This document shows, one piece after another, positions 28,663 through 38,769 of a stretch of 52,039 nt of DNA. Every line of letters starts with the position of its first letter. Position 1 is the stretch's first letter. The stretch comes from a bacterium (lineage in GTDB: Bacteria > Patescibacteriota > Minisyncoccia > Phycocordibacterales > CAIZLB01): NCBI GenBank assembly GCA_037142735.1, contig JBAXAB010000004.1, positions 1 to 52,039 of the forward strand, in the 5' to 3' direction. A program made the translations under genes and the position numbers. Under the pieces are notes generated by a model. It worked only from the letters and a program-made list of their open reading frames with translations. It was not told the DNA's origin and did not search any database.

Positions 28663-29547
28663 ATGTCATCTGAAAAAACAAAATGCATAATCACATCTGC
28701 ATCTAATAAGTTTTTCCCATCACTTATCAATATGCTTGGATCAATGGAAATTAATTTTCCACAACATCCAGATGTCTATGTATATGACCTTGGGCTTTTT
28801 TACACACTTAGAAAAGAGCTGGGAAGTATTCCTTGGGTACATGTGCTTGATATACCGCATTTCGCCCCACACTGGAGGGCATGCTACACATGGAAGACAT
28901 ATATATTGAACAATCCGCTAGCAGACTTGAACTTTTACATGGATGCAGGATGTGAAGTATTGAGACCACTTGATCCCCTATTTGAAAAAATCGACAACAA
29001 TGGGTACATAGCTGTTAGTCAGGGTAAAGAAGTTACGATGAAAGATGTAACTCCGATGTCATATTTCAAAATGTATGAATTGGATGAAAAGTTCAAAGAT
29101 GCAGAAATTATTGCCGCTGGTTTATTTGGATTCAAGAAGGACTCAATTGCAACAACCGTCACTCAAAAATTATATGAGGCAGGTGTTAAAGGTCTGTGCT
29201 TGGGCTACTCGATCAAAGATCAGTGGAAAAATAAAGGTGTTAATAAAACAGATGTCGTACCTGACTGTACGATATTTAGACATGACACCACAATGATTAG
29301 TGTTATTTTGTATAAGTACGTACCTAACTTAATCATAGAACCGATCGAGAGCTTTTCTGGTAGCCTTGTTGGTAAAGAATATGGACAGTATTTGTGGAAT
29401 TACAGATTAAATTTTTCTAAGCTTAAACTCACGAACACAACACTGCTACACAAAAAATTTAGTCTGTTTGCTTCAATAAATAGAATATTTATAAAAATAT
29501 TTTTAGTCTTAAAAGCTATAAATAGGATGATCAAGAGACTGCCGTAA
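28663..29547 (+). CDS. Putative GT-A glycosyltransferase-like protein (DUF1647-like)
   Basis: VYVYDLGL, YTWK, YMDAG, RHDT motifs; glycan-cluster context. Confidence 0.55.
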   Translation: MSSEKTKCIITSASNKFFPSLINMLGSMEINFPQHPDVYVYDLGLFYTLRKELGSIPWVHVLDIPHFAPHWRACYTWKTYILNNPLADLNFYMDAGCEVLRPLDPLFEKIDNNGYIAVSQGKEVTMKDVTPMSYFKMYELDEKFKDAEIIAAGLFGFKKDSIATTVTQKLYEAGVKGLCLGYSIKDQWKNKGVNKTDVVPDCTIFRHDTTMISVILYKYVPNLIIEPIESFSGSLVGKEYGQYLWNYRLNFSKLKLTNTTLLHKKFSLFASINRIFIKIFLVLKAINRMIKRLP

Positions 29548-29549
29548 AA

Positions 29550-29951
29550 CTAAGCTTGTTTTTTAAATACAAATATTTTTATTCCGACAAAATTTGTGAC
29601 CGTGGAAACTCCAATCGAAAGCACGTTACCTATCAATGGACTAATTATAAAACTTTCTACAAAGATTCGTAGACAAACAAGACTCAACAGTAGAGAAAAA
29701 ACACAAACCGCAGCATAAAGCCAGAATTCCTTATGTCTATTTTTATTTGCATGAGCAAAGGTATAAGCACGATTCAAGCTGTAACTAATAAAAATTCCCA
29801 CAACAAATCCTAATGAGCTTGCTACTATATAATAAACTCCTAAAAAATAATTAACTATGAAGAAGACACTGTAATTAACAATCGTACTTATAATGCCAAC
29901 AAGTGCGAAATTTCTGAATTCAAGAAAATTTTGTTTATCAAGTTTTATCAT
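29550..29951 (-). CDS. GtrA-family lipid-linked sugar flippase
   Basis: 133 aa, 4 TM, FALVGIISTIVNY, SYSLNRAYTF, NFVGIKIFVF. Confidence 0.9.
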   Translation of the reverse strand: MIKLDKQNFLEFRNFALVGIISTIVNYSVFFIVNYFLGVYYIVASSLGFVVGIFISYSLNRAYTFAHANKNRHKEFWLYAAVCVFSLLLSLVCLRIFVESFIISPLIGNVLSIGVSTVTNFVGIKIFVFKKQA

Positions 29952-30042
29952 AATGTTACCTACACTAAATATTGTATAAAATTATAACATACAACAACCT
30001 AGACATTCTGATATAGTGCGGTAGTATTTTAAGAAAAACAAC

Positions 30043-30651
30043 ATGCTCATCATTATCCATCGTGTTAATAAAATAGTTGATCTAGAAAATATTCCTAAAA
30101 ACTTTGGCGTTGAAATAGACGTTCGCGCCTTTGGTAATAAACTAGTACTTAATCATGAACCTTACGAATCTGGTGATCTACTGGACGATTACCTTAAAAA
30201 ATACAACCACTCATTTATCATATTTAATATTAAAGAAGCAGGTATCGAAAAACGAGTTATAGAATTAGCCAAGAAGTACCGTGTAGAGGAATACTTTTTA
30301 CTTGATGTAGAACCCTATTGGATTCACCACGCCACAAATGATGGTTTTAAAAAAATTGCTATAAGATACTCAGAAAACGAACCCATTGAAATGGCTTTGA
30401 AATACAAAAAGAAGGCAGACTGGTTGTGGATTGATATTCCAACAAAGCTTCCTATTTCACCAAAAACAATAAAGCAAATGAAGGGTTATAAGACTTGTCT
30501 AGTCTGCCCTGAGAGATGGGGAAGACCTTCTGAAATACTAAAATATATTAATAATATTAAAAAATTAAAATTTAATCTTGATGCAGTCATGACATCTTTA
30601 AAACACAGCGGGGACTGGCAAAATCTCCTTGATTACTATAATAAGGTATAA
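30043..30651 (+). CDS. PI-PLC/GDPD-superfamily phosphodiesterase-like protein
   Basis: IIHRVN, GVEIDVR, LVLNHEP, FNIKEAG, AIRYSENE, WLWID, CLVCPE. Confidence 0.75.
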   Translation: MLIIIHRVNKIVDLENIPKNFGVEIDVRAFGNKLVLNHEPYESGDLLDDYLKKYNHSFIIFNIKEAGIEKRVIELAKKYRVEEYFLLDVEPYWIHHATNDGFKKIAIRYSENEPIEMALKYKKKADWLWIDIPTKLPISPKTIKQMKGYKTCLVCPERWGRPSEILKYINNIKKLKFNLDAVMTSLKHSGDWQNLLDYYNKV

Positions 30652-30662
30652 TTTATTTTGAC

Positions 30663-31433
30663 ATGCAGATAATAATACCAATGGCTGGGCTGGGTGAGAG
30701 ATTCAAGTTTGCAGGATACAAAGATCCCAAGCCACTTATACAAATAGACGGCAAACCTGTGATAGAACACATAGTGGATATGTTTTCACCAGAAGATACA
30801 TTTATATTTATATGCAACGAGAATCATTTAAAAAACACCAACCTTAAAAAGGAACTTGAACGTATTAGACCCGGTTCAAAAATTACATCTATACCGGAGC
30901 ACTACTTGGGTCCAGTGTACACGACACTTCAAGCCAAAGAGTACATTAATGACCACGAACCAGTTCTTCTGTGCTATTGCGATGTAAATATTCATTGGGA
31001 TTTTGAAACCTTCAAGAAACATGTGTTCAAGCATGCGGTGGACTCTGCCCTCATAGCTTTCAAAGGTTTCCACCCCCCGCTTCTGCAGGAAGGATTTTAC
31101 GCAACCGCACGAGTGGATGCCGATAATAAATTACTAGAGGTTAGAGAAAAATATTCTTTTACACCAAACAAAATGGATTCTTGGACTTCAGCAGGTATGC
31201 ATTATTTTTCTACTGGCGAACTAGTTAAAAAATATTTTAATAAAATGATAGAACGCGAAATGTTATGCAACAATGAATACTATATAAGTCTCAGTCATAA
31301 TCTTTTAATTGAAGACGGTCTAAAAAATATTCTTTATCCTGTAGAATATTTTATATCTTGGGGAAAACCAGCTGACGTGAGAGAATACCAATACTGGTCA
31401 AATCATTTTAATAAAAAAATAGGGAAAAAATAA
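30663..31433 (+). CDS. Sugar-phosphate nucleotidyltransferase-like protein (BcbE-like), copy 1
   Basis: IIIPMAGLGERF..GY..PKPLI, YCD, VREK, EYY, WGKP. Confidence 0.82.
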   Translation: MQIIIPMAGLGERFKFAGYKDPKPLIQIDGKPVIEHIVDMFSPEDTFIFICNENHLKNTNLKKELERIRPGSKITSIPEHYLGPVYTTLQAKEYINDHEPVLLCYCDVNIHWDFETFKKHVFKHAVDSALIAFKGFHPPLLQEGFYATARVDADNKLLEVREKYSFTPNKMDSWTSAGMHYFSTGELVKKYFNKMIEREMLCNNEYYISLSHNLLIEDGLKNILYPVEYFISWGKPADVREYQYWSNHFNKKIGKK

Positions 31434-32201
31434 ATGCGGACAAATCTACTATTACTTGCAGGTCGTGGAAAACGATTTGCTGAGGCTGGATATGAACTTC
31501 CTAAACCACTCATTGATGTGGACGGATTACCTATGGTTGTGAGAGCTGCCTACTCTCTTCCGAAAGCTGATAAATTAATTTTTGTTGTTTCTGGAGATTA
31601 CGTAGAAAATAACGAAATAGATAAGGTATTAAAGACTCACTTCCCTAAATCTGAAATAATAGTACAAACATCAGAATTAAAGGGCCAGGCTGACAGCGTA
31701 TTGCAAGCTGAAAAGTTCATAGAACCCGATTCAATATTGACCGTCGCGAGTTGTGACGCAGGACCTATATACGATAAGGAGAAATTCGAATCAGAACTTT
31801 TGTCTACTGAGAATGACGCCTTAGTTTGGTCATTCAAACATTATCCACCGATGCAAACACAACCCACTTCATATGGATGGATCGTTGCAGATGAAAACAG
31901 TTTTGTAAGGAAGATTCAATACAAGATTCCAATTTCAGAAAAACCCTTAGAAGACCCTGCTGTTGTTGGATGGTTTACATATAAAAAGGCAAAGGTATGT
32001 TTTGATGCGATAAAAGAAATGATAGAAAAAAATATAAAATCTAGCTCTGAATTTTCACTTGATGAATGTACGAATATTTTAGTACAAAATAAAACCAGAG
32101 TAAAAACATTTGAAATAGAAACTTTCTTATCTTGGGGAACGCCAACAGAGTTAAGGACTTATCAATACTGGCAAGGATATTTTAACAAGAAAAAATCCTA
32201 A
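31434..32201 (+). CDS. Sugar-phosphate nucleotidyltransferase-like protein (BcbE-like), copy 2
   Basis: LLLAGRGKRF..GY..PKPLI, SCD, WGTP; abuts copy 1 (TAAATG). Confidence 0.82.
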   Translation: MRTNLLLLAGRGKRFAEAGYELPKPLIDVDGLPMVVRAAYSLPKADKLIFVVSGDYVENNEIDKVLKTHFPKSEIIVQTSELKGQADSVLQAEKFIEPDSILTVASCDAGPIYDKEKFESELLSTENDALVWSFKHYPPMQTQPTSYGWIVADENSFVRKIQYKIPISEKPLEDPAVVGWFTYKKAKVCFDAIKEMIEKNIKSSSEFSLDECTNILVQNKTRVKTFEIETFLSWGTPTELRTYQYWQGYFNKKKS

Positions 32202-32216
32202 TCTATTCGAGTGAAC

Positions 32217-33989
32217 ATGAATGTACTAATTAAATCTATTAATTACTTAAAAAAAGAGACCTCTGTTGTTTTATTTTTTGTAGTACTTATTTCTAGTTGG
32301 GCCGCACACATTTCATTTCGAAACGAGCACTTTCAAGAGGGAGATTCTTCTGGTACGTACACAGTTATGTATGATTTCCCTGCTGCTACACTGCGTACAA
32401 CAGCTTTGATATATCCTGCAGGTAATTTTTTATCCCTAGATCAAGCACAGTCAATACTTAAAGATCCAAGAGTTCAAGCGGTCCGTAATAAATACCTATC
32501 AAGCTTTAGTGACGAGTTTCTCCTGAACCAATTAACCAAAAGTTCCGCAATTGCAACCTTTCGTTATGGACTAATCCAGGCAGTATCAATACTTCATCTA
32601 CCCTTTCCAATTCAAAGTTTTTTTGCCACCGGACTGGGGTCAACTTATTCTTCAGGAGTCGGATTCATATATGGACTGATAGGTGGAAAGAATGGAACGT
32701 ATGCCGATTTTATGTCACACACAATGATTATTTCAATTACCCTATTCCACATGGCGATCTTGTTATTGTTTTTAATAAACAGAAAATTAGGGGTGAGGAC
32801 TTACATTAATGTTGCCATCAGTACCGTCGCCTTATTTTCAATAAGCTTATATTCGTCTGGAATTCACATTGGAAGCACTGTGTGGAATTTCACTACCGAA
32901 CTGTTCTGGATATGGTATTTAATCAAAAATATTAATAGTCCTAAACTGCTCAGAAAAATGTCTTGGTGTAGTGGAATCTTGGTATTTTTTAATTACCTGA
33001 TTTTATTTTTCTGGCTATCATTCATAGTCACTTTATTAATCGAAAAAGTGAAGAAGGAAAGGCAAGCTAATCCCAACAGCACAAACCTTAGAAAAGTACT
33101 TGGATACTCATGGGAAATAGTAAAACAACAAAAAGGAGCAATAATGCTTATTGGACTTTGTGGCATTTTATTTTTCCAACCAGGTCAAGGATTTAGAGGA
33201 GCGGTACATCTAATAGACCTACCTGCCAACATCTACTACATAGTATTAAATTTTTTCAGTTGGTACACGCACAGTACATTATTTGATATATTTCAATTTA
33301 TTTTCGGAGTTTTATTTATTGCTTCTGGTGTTTTCTTTTTGATCAATAGAAAATGTAGCGAAAGTTCAAGAGAGTTATGGTTAGCAAGGCAAATCTTTAT
33401 CTGTCTTATTTTTACTTATATATTTCTTGTCTGTGTGCAAACACTTAGCTTTACACCCACAAGACATATATTATTTCTATTCCCCATAATCTTCATAACA
33501 GCAGGAATAGGGCTAGAATTTTTAATAAGAAAAATAAATAGCCAAATTTCCAAATCAATTCAAATAATATTCTTAGCCAGCTTGTCCTTACTTGGGTTCT
33601 GCATGATAAAAATTAGACAGGAAGACTCTTATGATCGAACGCGTGAGATTCAAATAGATAAAGATGTCGCTATGATTGGAATTTACGACTCTTCTTATAA
33701 TATATATTATGAGAATTTGCATTCAGGAGTACCTGTCACATTCATTAACCCGAAGACATTCAAAGTTGGAGAAACTTACTTATATGTCAGTCAGTCAGAC
33801 CCACTTGAGGTAGCCTACAAAGAATGGCAAGTGACATACGATATTGAAATCGAAAAAATTTGGGAAAAGAGCGATATAACAGAGGCATATTTTGTAGCAC
33901 ACAACCCAGACTTCAAAAACTCTAGATATAGCCGGCCAAACAACTTTTACCAGACAAAATTTAAAGTGATAAGTATTAAACAAAAATAA
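32217..33989 (+). CDS. Polytopic membrane protein, putative GT-C glycosyltransferase (GtrC-like)
   Basis: ~10-12 TM, acidic QEGDS after TM1, large first loop, PTRHILFLFP, soluble C-terminal domain; flanked by GtrA and a polyprenol-P GT2. Confidence 0.6.
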   Translation: MNVLIKSINYLKKETSVVLFFVVLISSWAAHISFRNEHFQEGDSSGTYTVMYDFPAATLRTTALIYPAGNFLSLDQAQSILKDPRVQAVRNKYLSSFSDEFLLNQLTKSSAIATFRYGLIQAVSILHLPFPIQSFFATGLGSTYSSGVGFIYGLIGGKNGTYADFMSHTMIISITLFHMAILLLFLINRKLGVRTYINVAISTVALFSISLYSSGIHIGSTVWNFTTELFWIWYLIKNINSPKLLRKMSWCSGILVFFNYLILFFWLSFIVTLLIEKVKKERQANPNSTNLRKVLGYSWEIVKQQKGAIMLIGLCGILFFQPGQGFRGAVHLIDLPANIYYIVLNFFSWYTHSTLFDIFQFIFGVLFIASGVFFLINRKCSESSRELWLARQIFICLIFTYIFLVCVQTLSFTPTRHILFLFPIIFITAGIGLEFLIRKINSQISKSIQIIFLASLSLLGFCMIKIRQEDSYDRTREIQIDKDVAMIGIYDSSYNIYYENLHSGVPVTFINPKTFKVGETYLYVSQSDPLEVAYKEWQVTYDIEIEKIWEKSDITEAYFVAHNPDFKNSRYSRPNNFYQTKFKVISIKQK

Positions 33990-33996
33990 ATAATTT

Positions 33997-34707
33997 ATGA
34001 AATTATCGATTGTGGTCCCCTTTTACAATGAAGAAAAGAACGTACACCTTGTTCTTGATGCTTTTTCAAAGTTTTATACAAAATATGATTTTGAACTAAT
34101 TTGTGTAAACGATGGCTCAAAAGATGCAACTGCGCAAATATTCGAGGAAGAACGCAGCAAAAACAAGTATCCCTTTGCTAAATTTATTTCATACACCCCG
34201 AACGGTGGGTACGGGAACGCAATAATGACAGGGGTGCGAACAACTGACGGTGAAGTAGTCTCCTGGACACATAGTGACATGCAAACAGATCCAGCAGATG
34301 TGTTTAAAGCATTCGATATGTTTCAAAGACTTAATAATGAAAAAGTAATTGTAAAAGGTGTCCGGATCAAAAGACCATTACCTCAAATTATTTTAAGCTA
34401 CGGCATGGCCGTAATAGCAAGTGTAATTTTAAGAAAATGTATGTATGAAATTAACGCCCAACCAAAATTGTTCCATCGTAATTTTATACCAAAATTAGAC
34501 AATGCTCCGAAGGATTTTTCTTTAGATCTATATCTAATTAACCTGGCAAAACAACTGAATTATGAAGTCCGGACAATTCCTGTGGAATTTAAAAATAGAC
34601 TGCATGGTTCATCAAGTTGGGGAGGTAGTTTTAAAAACAGAATAAAAACAATCTGGAGAACAATCAAGTATGTCTGGGGCTTAAAATCACAAAAACAGAA
34701 GAACTAA
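33997..34707 (+). CDS. GT2, polyprenol-phosphate glycosyltransferase-like (DPM1/GtrB type)
   Basis: LSIVVPFYNEE, VNDGSKD, GYGNA, THSDMQTDP, FKNRLHGSSSW. Confidence 0.8.
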   Translation: MKLSIVVPFYNEEKNVHLVLDAFSKFYTKYDFELICVNDGSKDATAQIFEEERSKNKYPFAKFISYTPNGGYGNAIMTGVRTTDGEVVSWTHSDMQTDPADVFKAFDMFQRLNNEKVIVKGVRIKRPLPQIILSYGMAVIASVILRKCMYEINAQPKLFHRNFIPKLDNAPKDFSLDLYLINLAKQLNYEVRTIPVEFKNRLHGSSSWGGSFKNRIKTIWRTIKYVWGLKSQKQKN

Positions 34708-34795
34708 TCGCACCCTGCTAAGACTTAGACCCCCCCTGTCCTATAGGTATATATTAGTACACGTTCCCAGCCAACTATGCTAGTATTTCTACTAC

Positions 34796-36088
34796 ATGAG
34801 TGCACTTTCCCTTACCTACATAAAAGAAAAATGGGCCCACGCTGGTTTCCAGAAATACTTCCAAAATATGAGTTGGATTTTTGGAGCAAGAATTTTAAGC
34901 ATTCTTATTTCACTAGTTGCAACCTCGGTCATTGCCAGAGGACTGGGTCCAAGTAATTACGGTGAACTAAGCTACGCAACAAGTTTCGTAGGTTTATTTT
35001 CTTTTTTATATTCACTTGGAATTGACGGTATCTTATATAGAGAGCTTATAAACCGCCCCGACAAAAAAAGAGAACTTCTTGGTTCTGCTTTTGCTATAAA
35101 AATTGCAACTGGTATCTTAACTGCACTTGTTATCATAGTCTCTGCTTTCTTCCTGTCAGTTCATGATATTTCATTCGTATTGATATTAGTCCTTTCATCT
35201 ACATTTATTTTAAACTCGCTTCAGATAATAAATTACGAATTCCAATCGAGGGTAGAGTCTAAGTATCCGGCCATCGCTGCAATTATTATTGCAGTAATTC
35301 TGAACGCTCTAAAGATTTTGGTGATTGCAAGCGGCAAAGGAGTTCTCTATCTAGCACTTATTTTGGTTTTAGAACCAATCCTCTATGGTGCTTTTTACTG
35401 GTATATTTACGAAAAACAAATTGGAGAAAAAATTTCTAATTGGAAATTTGATAGACAAATTAGCCTTTCTTTAATACGAGATTCGTGGCCCCTTATTTTT
35501 ACAGGTATCTTTGCCATGATATATGCACGAATTGATCAGATTTTTATTAAGCACATGATTAATTCAGCATCTGTTGGTATATATGATTCGGCTGTTAGAC
35601 TGACTGAAGTATGGTATCTCATACCAAACATAATTGTTTCAGCATTCTTCCCGGCCATAATTAATGCCAAAAATACATCAAAAGCTTTGTACCAAAGTCG
35701 ACTTTCTAGATTAACTAAACTTTTAATTCTGTTGTCTGTTTTCATAGCCCTTCCCATTAGTCTTTTAGCTCCCATGATAATTAATATATTGTACGGAGCA
35801 AAATTCATACTGGCTGCCGGAATACTTCAAATATACATATGGTCAATAGTCGGAACATTCTTGATAAACCTCGCAACACAATATTTGATAGCAGAAAACA
35901 AAAAGAAGTCCCTCGTGTTATTAAATGTAATTCCCATGATAGTTAATGTCGTGCTAAACATTATCTGGATACCCCTATACGGAATTACTGGCGCTGCCTA
36001 TGCTACCCTCATTTCATACTCATTAGGACCAATCTATATGTTATTTTCGAATTATTTTACAAGTAGAATTCCTCAAACGAATGAGTAG
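34796..36088 (+). CDS. wzx: Wzx-type oligosaccharide flippase
   Basis: IARGLGPSNYG, IYARIDQIFI, VGIYDSAVRL, LNIIWIPLYGITGAAYAT; ~12 TM. Confidence 0.9.
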   Translation: MSALSLTYIKEKWAHAGFQKYFQNMSWIFGARILSILISLVATSVIARGLGPSNYGELSYATSFVGLFSFLYSLGIDGILYRELINRPDKKRELLGSAFAIKIATGILTALVIIVSAFFLSVHDISFVLILVLSSTFILNSLQIINYEFQSRVESKYPAIAAIIIAVILNALKILVIASGKGVLYLALILVLEPILYGAFYWYIYEKQIGEKISNWKFDRQISLSLIRDSWPLIFTGIFAMIYARIDQIFIKHMINSASVGIYDSAVRLTEVWYLIPNIIVSAFFPAIINAKNTSKALYQSRLSRLTKLLILLSVFIALPISLLAPMIINILYGAKFILAAGILQIYIWSIVGTFLINLATQYLIAENKKKSLVLLNVIPMIVNVVLNIIWIPLYGITGAAYATLISYSLGPIYMLFSNYFTSRIPQTNE

Positions 36089-36890
36089 CCAAAACGCACA
36101 TCAACTTGTTTCCATTGCCATCGCTACATATAACGGGGGGTCTTTCTTAACAGAACAACTCGATTCATTATTGAACCAAAGTTATAAAAATATCGAGATC
36201 GTGATAAGTGATGACAAAAGCACCGACAATACCCTATCCATTCTTGATGAATATGCCCGTAAAGATCCACGAATTACATATTCGATAAATCCATCACCCA
36301 GTGGATTTAAAAATAATTTTAATAGAGCAATCTCTTTGTGCAAAGGAGAAATTATATTTTTATGTGATCAAGATGATATATGGTTTGAAAATAAAATTGA
36401 AGAGCATATACAATGTTATAAAAACCCTAACATACAGTGGGTTTATAATGAGGTCGCATTAGTTGATGAACATAAAAAACCAATTGGAGAATATCCTTCA
36501 AATTACTATACCGGCCTGTCATTTTTCTATATGACGGGTGGTAGGTGCATCCTAGGTTGTGCAACATCGTACAGATCCAATCTTTTAACAAAGGTGCTCC
36601 CGATAAACGATTTGGCACCTGGTCATGACTCTTACATACAAATGGCAATATACCCCACTAAATCTTTCTATATTCATAAAAAGTTACAAGAATATCGACA
36701 ACACAAACGAAGTGTCACCACTGGAATTCAGGAGAGCCCGACCGACATCAATTTGAATATTAAAAAAAGTATTGCATATGTCAAAAATCTTTCTTTTGAC
36801 AATAAATTAGCTATTACTAAAAGAATTTACTTGTTTTTCTTGTATTGTCTAAAACTATTGAAATATAGTATAAAGAAACATACTATCTAA
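36081..36890 (+). CDS. Glycosyltransferase family 2
   Basis: VSIAIATYNG, SDDKSTD, LCDQDDIW, HD, YRQH. Confidence 0.92.
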   Translation: MSSQNAHQLVSIAIATYNGGSFLTEQLDSLLNQSYKNIEIVISDDKSTDNTLSILDEYARKDPRITYSINPSPSGFKNNFNRAISLCKGEIIFLCDQDDIWFENKIEEHIQCYKNPNIQWVYNEVALVDEHKKPIGEYPSNYYTGLSFFYMTGGRCILGCATSYRSNLLTKVLPINDLAPGHDSYIQMAIYPTKSFYIHKKLQEYRQHKRSVTTGIQESPTDINLNIKKSIAYVKNLSFDNKLAITKRIYLFFLYCLKLLKYSIKKHTI

Positions 36891-36894
36891 CACC

Positions 36895-37794
36895 ATGAAG
36901 GCAACATTCGAGAAAATATACCACTGGCTATACTACAAGCTAATCTTTAGCATCAAAGTATGGCTCAAAAGAAGGTTGGTGCAGGGATTGAAATTGAACC
37001 GCCCTGTGAGCTACCCCTTTATTACAGGGGATGGTTTTCGTTCTTTTGCACAGCATATTTTTGATGATATTTCTGATTTTGACCCAAAGAAAGTTCTCCA
37101 TGGAGACATTGTGTTCGCTAGAATAGACATGCTTCACGATTTTTTTAAAAAAATTGATCCACAAATTGAGAATAGATACATCCTCGTTTCTCACAATGCT
37201 GACTACAGTATTTCACATGAATTTGATGAATATAACAAAGACAAAATTATCCACTGGTTTGGACAAAATATGTTAACTCGGTTTCCAAACACCACCCCAA
37301 TCCCTATTGGAATTACAAACTTTAGATACCTTGAAGAAATTCATCTTTTAGAGAAGGCCCTTTCATCTGGTAGTATCAAAAAAAATAAAATAGTTGTAGC
37401 CTTTAGACCAATCAGGGAAAGATTAAATATAAAGAATAAATTACTTACATTTAAAAACATTGACGACTCAGGAGAACTTGGAAAGTCCGATTACTTTCAA
37501 AAAATATTTGATTACAAATTTGTGGCATCACCAGAGGGTAACGGACCTGACTGCCATAGAACGTGGGAGTCCATGTACCTACGATCTATCCCTATCGTCA
37601 TCCGCAACACATATACTGAATATTTTGAGAAAATAGGCTTACCCATAATGCTTATTGAGAACTGGGATGAGCTTTCCAATTTAGACGAGGCGGCACTAGA
37701 AGCAAAATATGAGGAATTAAAACCACGATTCTCTTCACCTGCCCTCTCTCTCGATTACTGGCAAAAAACAGTGAACGAATATAAGCTTAAATAG
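36895..37794 (+). CDS. Exostosin/GT47-like glycosyltransferase
   Basis: LVSHNAD, PIPIG, KFVASPEGNGPDCHRTWESMYLRSIPIV. Confidence 0.65.
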   Translation: MKATFEKIYHWLYYKLIFSIKVWLKRRLVQGLKLNRPVSYPFITGDGFRSFAQHIFDDISDFDPKKVLHGDIVFARIDMLHDFFKKIDPQIENRYILVSHNADYSISHEFDEYNKDKIIHWFGQNMLTRFPNTTPIPIGITNFRYLEEIHLLEKALSSGSIKKNKIVVAFRPIRERLNIKNKLLTFKNIDDSGELGKSDYFQKIFDYKFVASPEGNGPDCHRTWESMYLRSIPIVIRNTYTEYFEKIGLPIMLIENWDELSNLDEAALEAKYEELKPRFSSPALSLDYWQKTVNEYKLK

Positions 37795-37800
37795 TAAATC

Positions 37801-38751
37801 ATGAAAACTATAGTTTTAATTCCTACCAAGAATGAAGAATGGATCCTAGAGGACACCCTGAAAAATACATCGCCCTATGTTGACCTTATTATCATAGCCG
37901 ACCAAAATTCGACAGACCGAACAATCGAGATCTGCAGCAAATTTAATAATGTACAAGTAATCAAGAACAACGAAGAGGGTCATAGTAATAAAGTGCGCTG
38001 GCTATTACTAGAAGAAGCCCGCAAACACGGTTTAGCCAATCTTATAATTTGCATTGACGCAGATGAGATGATTTCTCCAAAGGGCATTGAAGAAATGAAA
38101 AACCTAATATTAGAAGGCAAAGCCAGTCGCGGTGATGTTTTTAAATTTAAATGGATTCAGTTATGGAAAAGTAATCACGAATACCGTGACGATGGCGTAT
38201 GGAAAAATAATTACAAAAATATTGCTTTCATTGATAACCCAGGTTTAAATGAATACCACAAAGAATTTATCTTAAATGATCATACCTCCAGGGTACCGGA
38301 CACAGGTATTAAAAATACAATCTCAATATCATATCCCCTCCTCCATTTTCATTTCGTAGCTTGGAAAAGAAACCAATTAAAACAGGCCTGGTATCGCTGC
38401 ACTGAATTAATCGCTGGGAAAAGAAACGCAAAAAGAATCAACAATACATACCGCGTCACTTTAATGCCAGAAAATTTAAAGACATACGCACTGAATAAAG
38501 AATGGACGGAGGGTTTAACCTTACCCGAAAACCTTAAGGATGTTTCCAGCGATTGGCACCTTAAAGCCGTACTAGGTTTTTTTGATAAGTACGGGATTAC
38601 CTTTTTTGAGGAACTACAAATTTGGCAGGTGCCAGAACTTCATGACGAATTCATACAACGAGTTGGCCGTGAACCTGTGAGTAAGACGTATCCGAAATGG
38701 CTTACATATGTTAATGAAATTAAAAACTTTATAAAGAATATAAGGTCGTAA
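37801..38751 (+). CDS. Glycosyltransferase family 2
   Basis: PTKNEE, ADQNSTD, IDADE, LLHF. Confidence 0.85.
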   Translation: MKTIVLIPTKNEEWILEDTLKNTSPYVDLIIIADQNSTDRTIEICSKFNNVQVIKNNEEGHSNKVRWLLLEEARKHGLANLIICIDADEMISPKGIEEMKNLILEGKASRGDVFKFKWIQLWKSNHEYRDDGVWKNNYKNIAFIDNPGLNEYHKEFILNDHTSRVPDTGIKNTISISYPLLHFHFVAWKRNQLKQAWYRCTELIAGKRNAKRINNTYRVTLMPENLKTYALNKEWTEGLTLPENLKDVSSDWHLKAVLGFFDKYGITFFEELQIWQVPELHDEFIQRVGREPVSKTYPKWLTYVNEIKNFIKNIRS

Positions 38752-38769
38752 GTTTTTAATTCCCCTCTC

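Noticed and set aside
34730-34736. C7 homopolymer upstream of wzx as a phase-variation tract
   Set aside because: Short, and not between the predicted -35/-10 elements or in a coding frame
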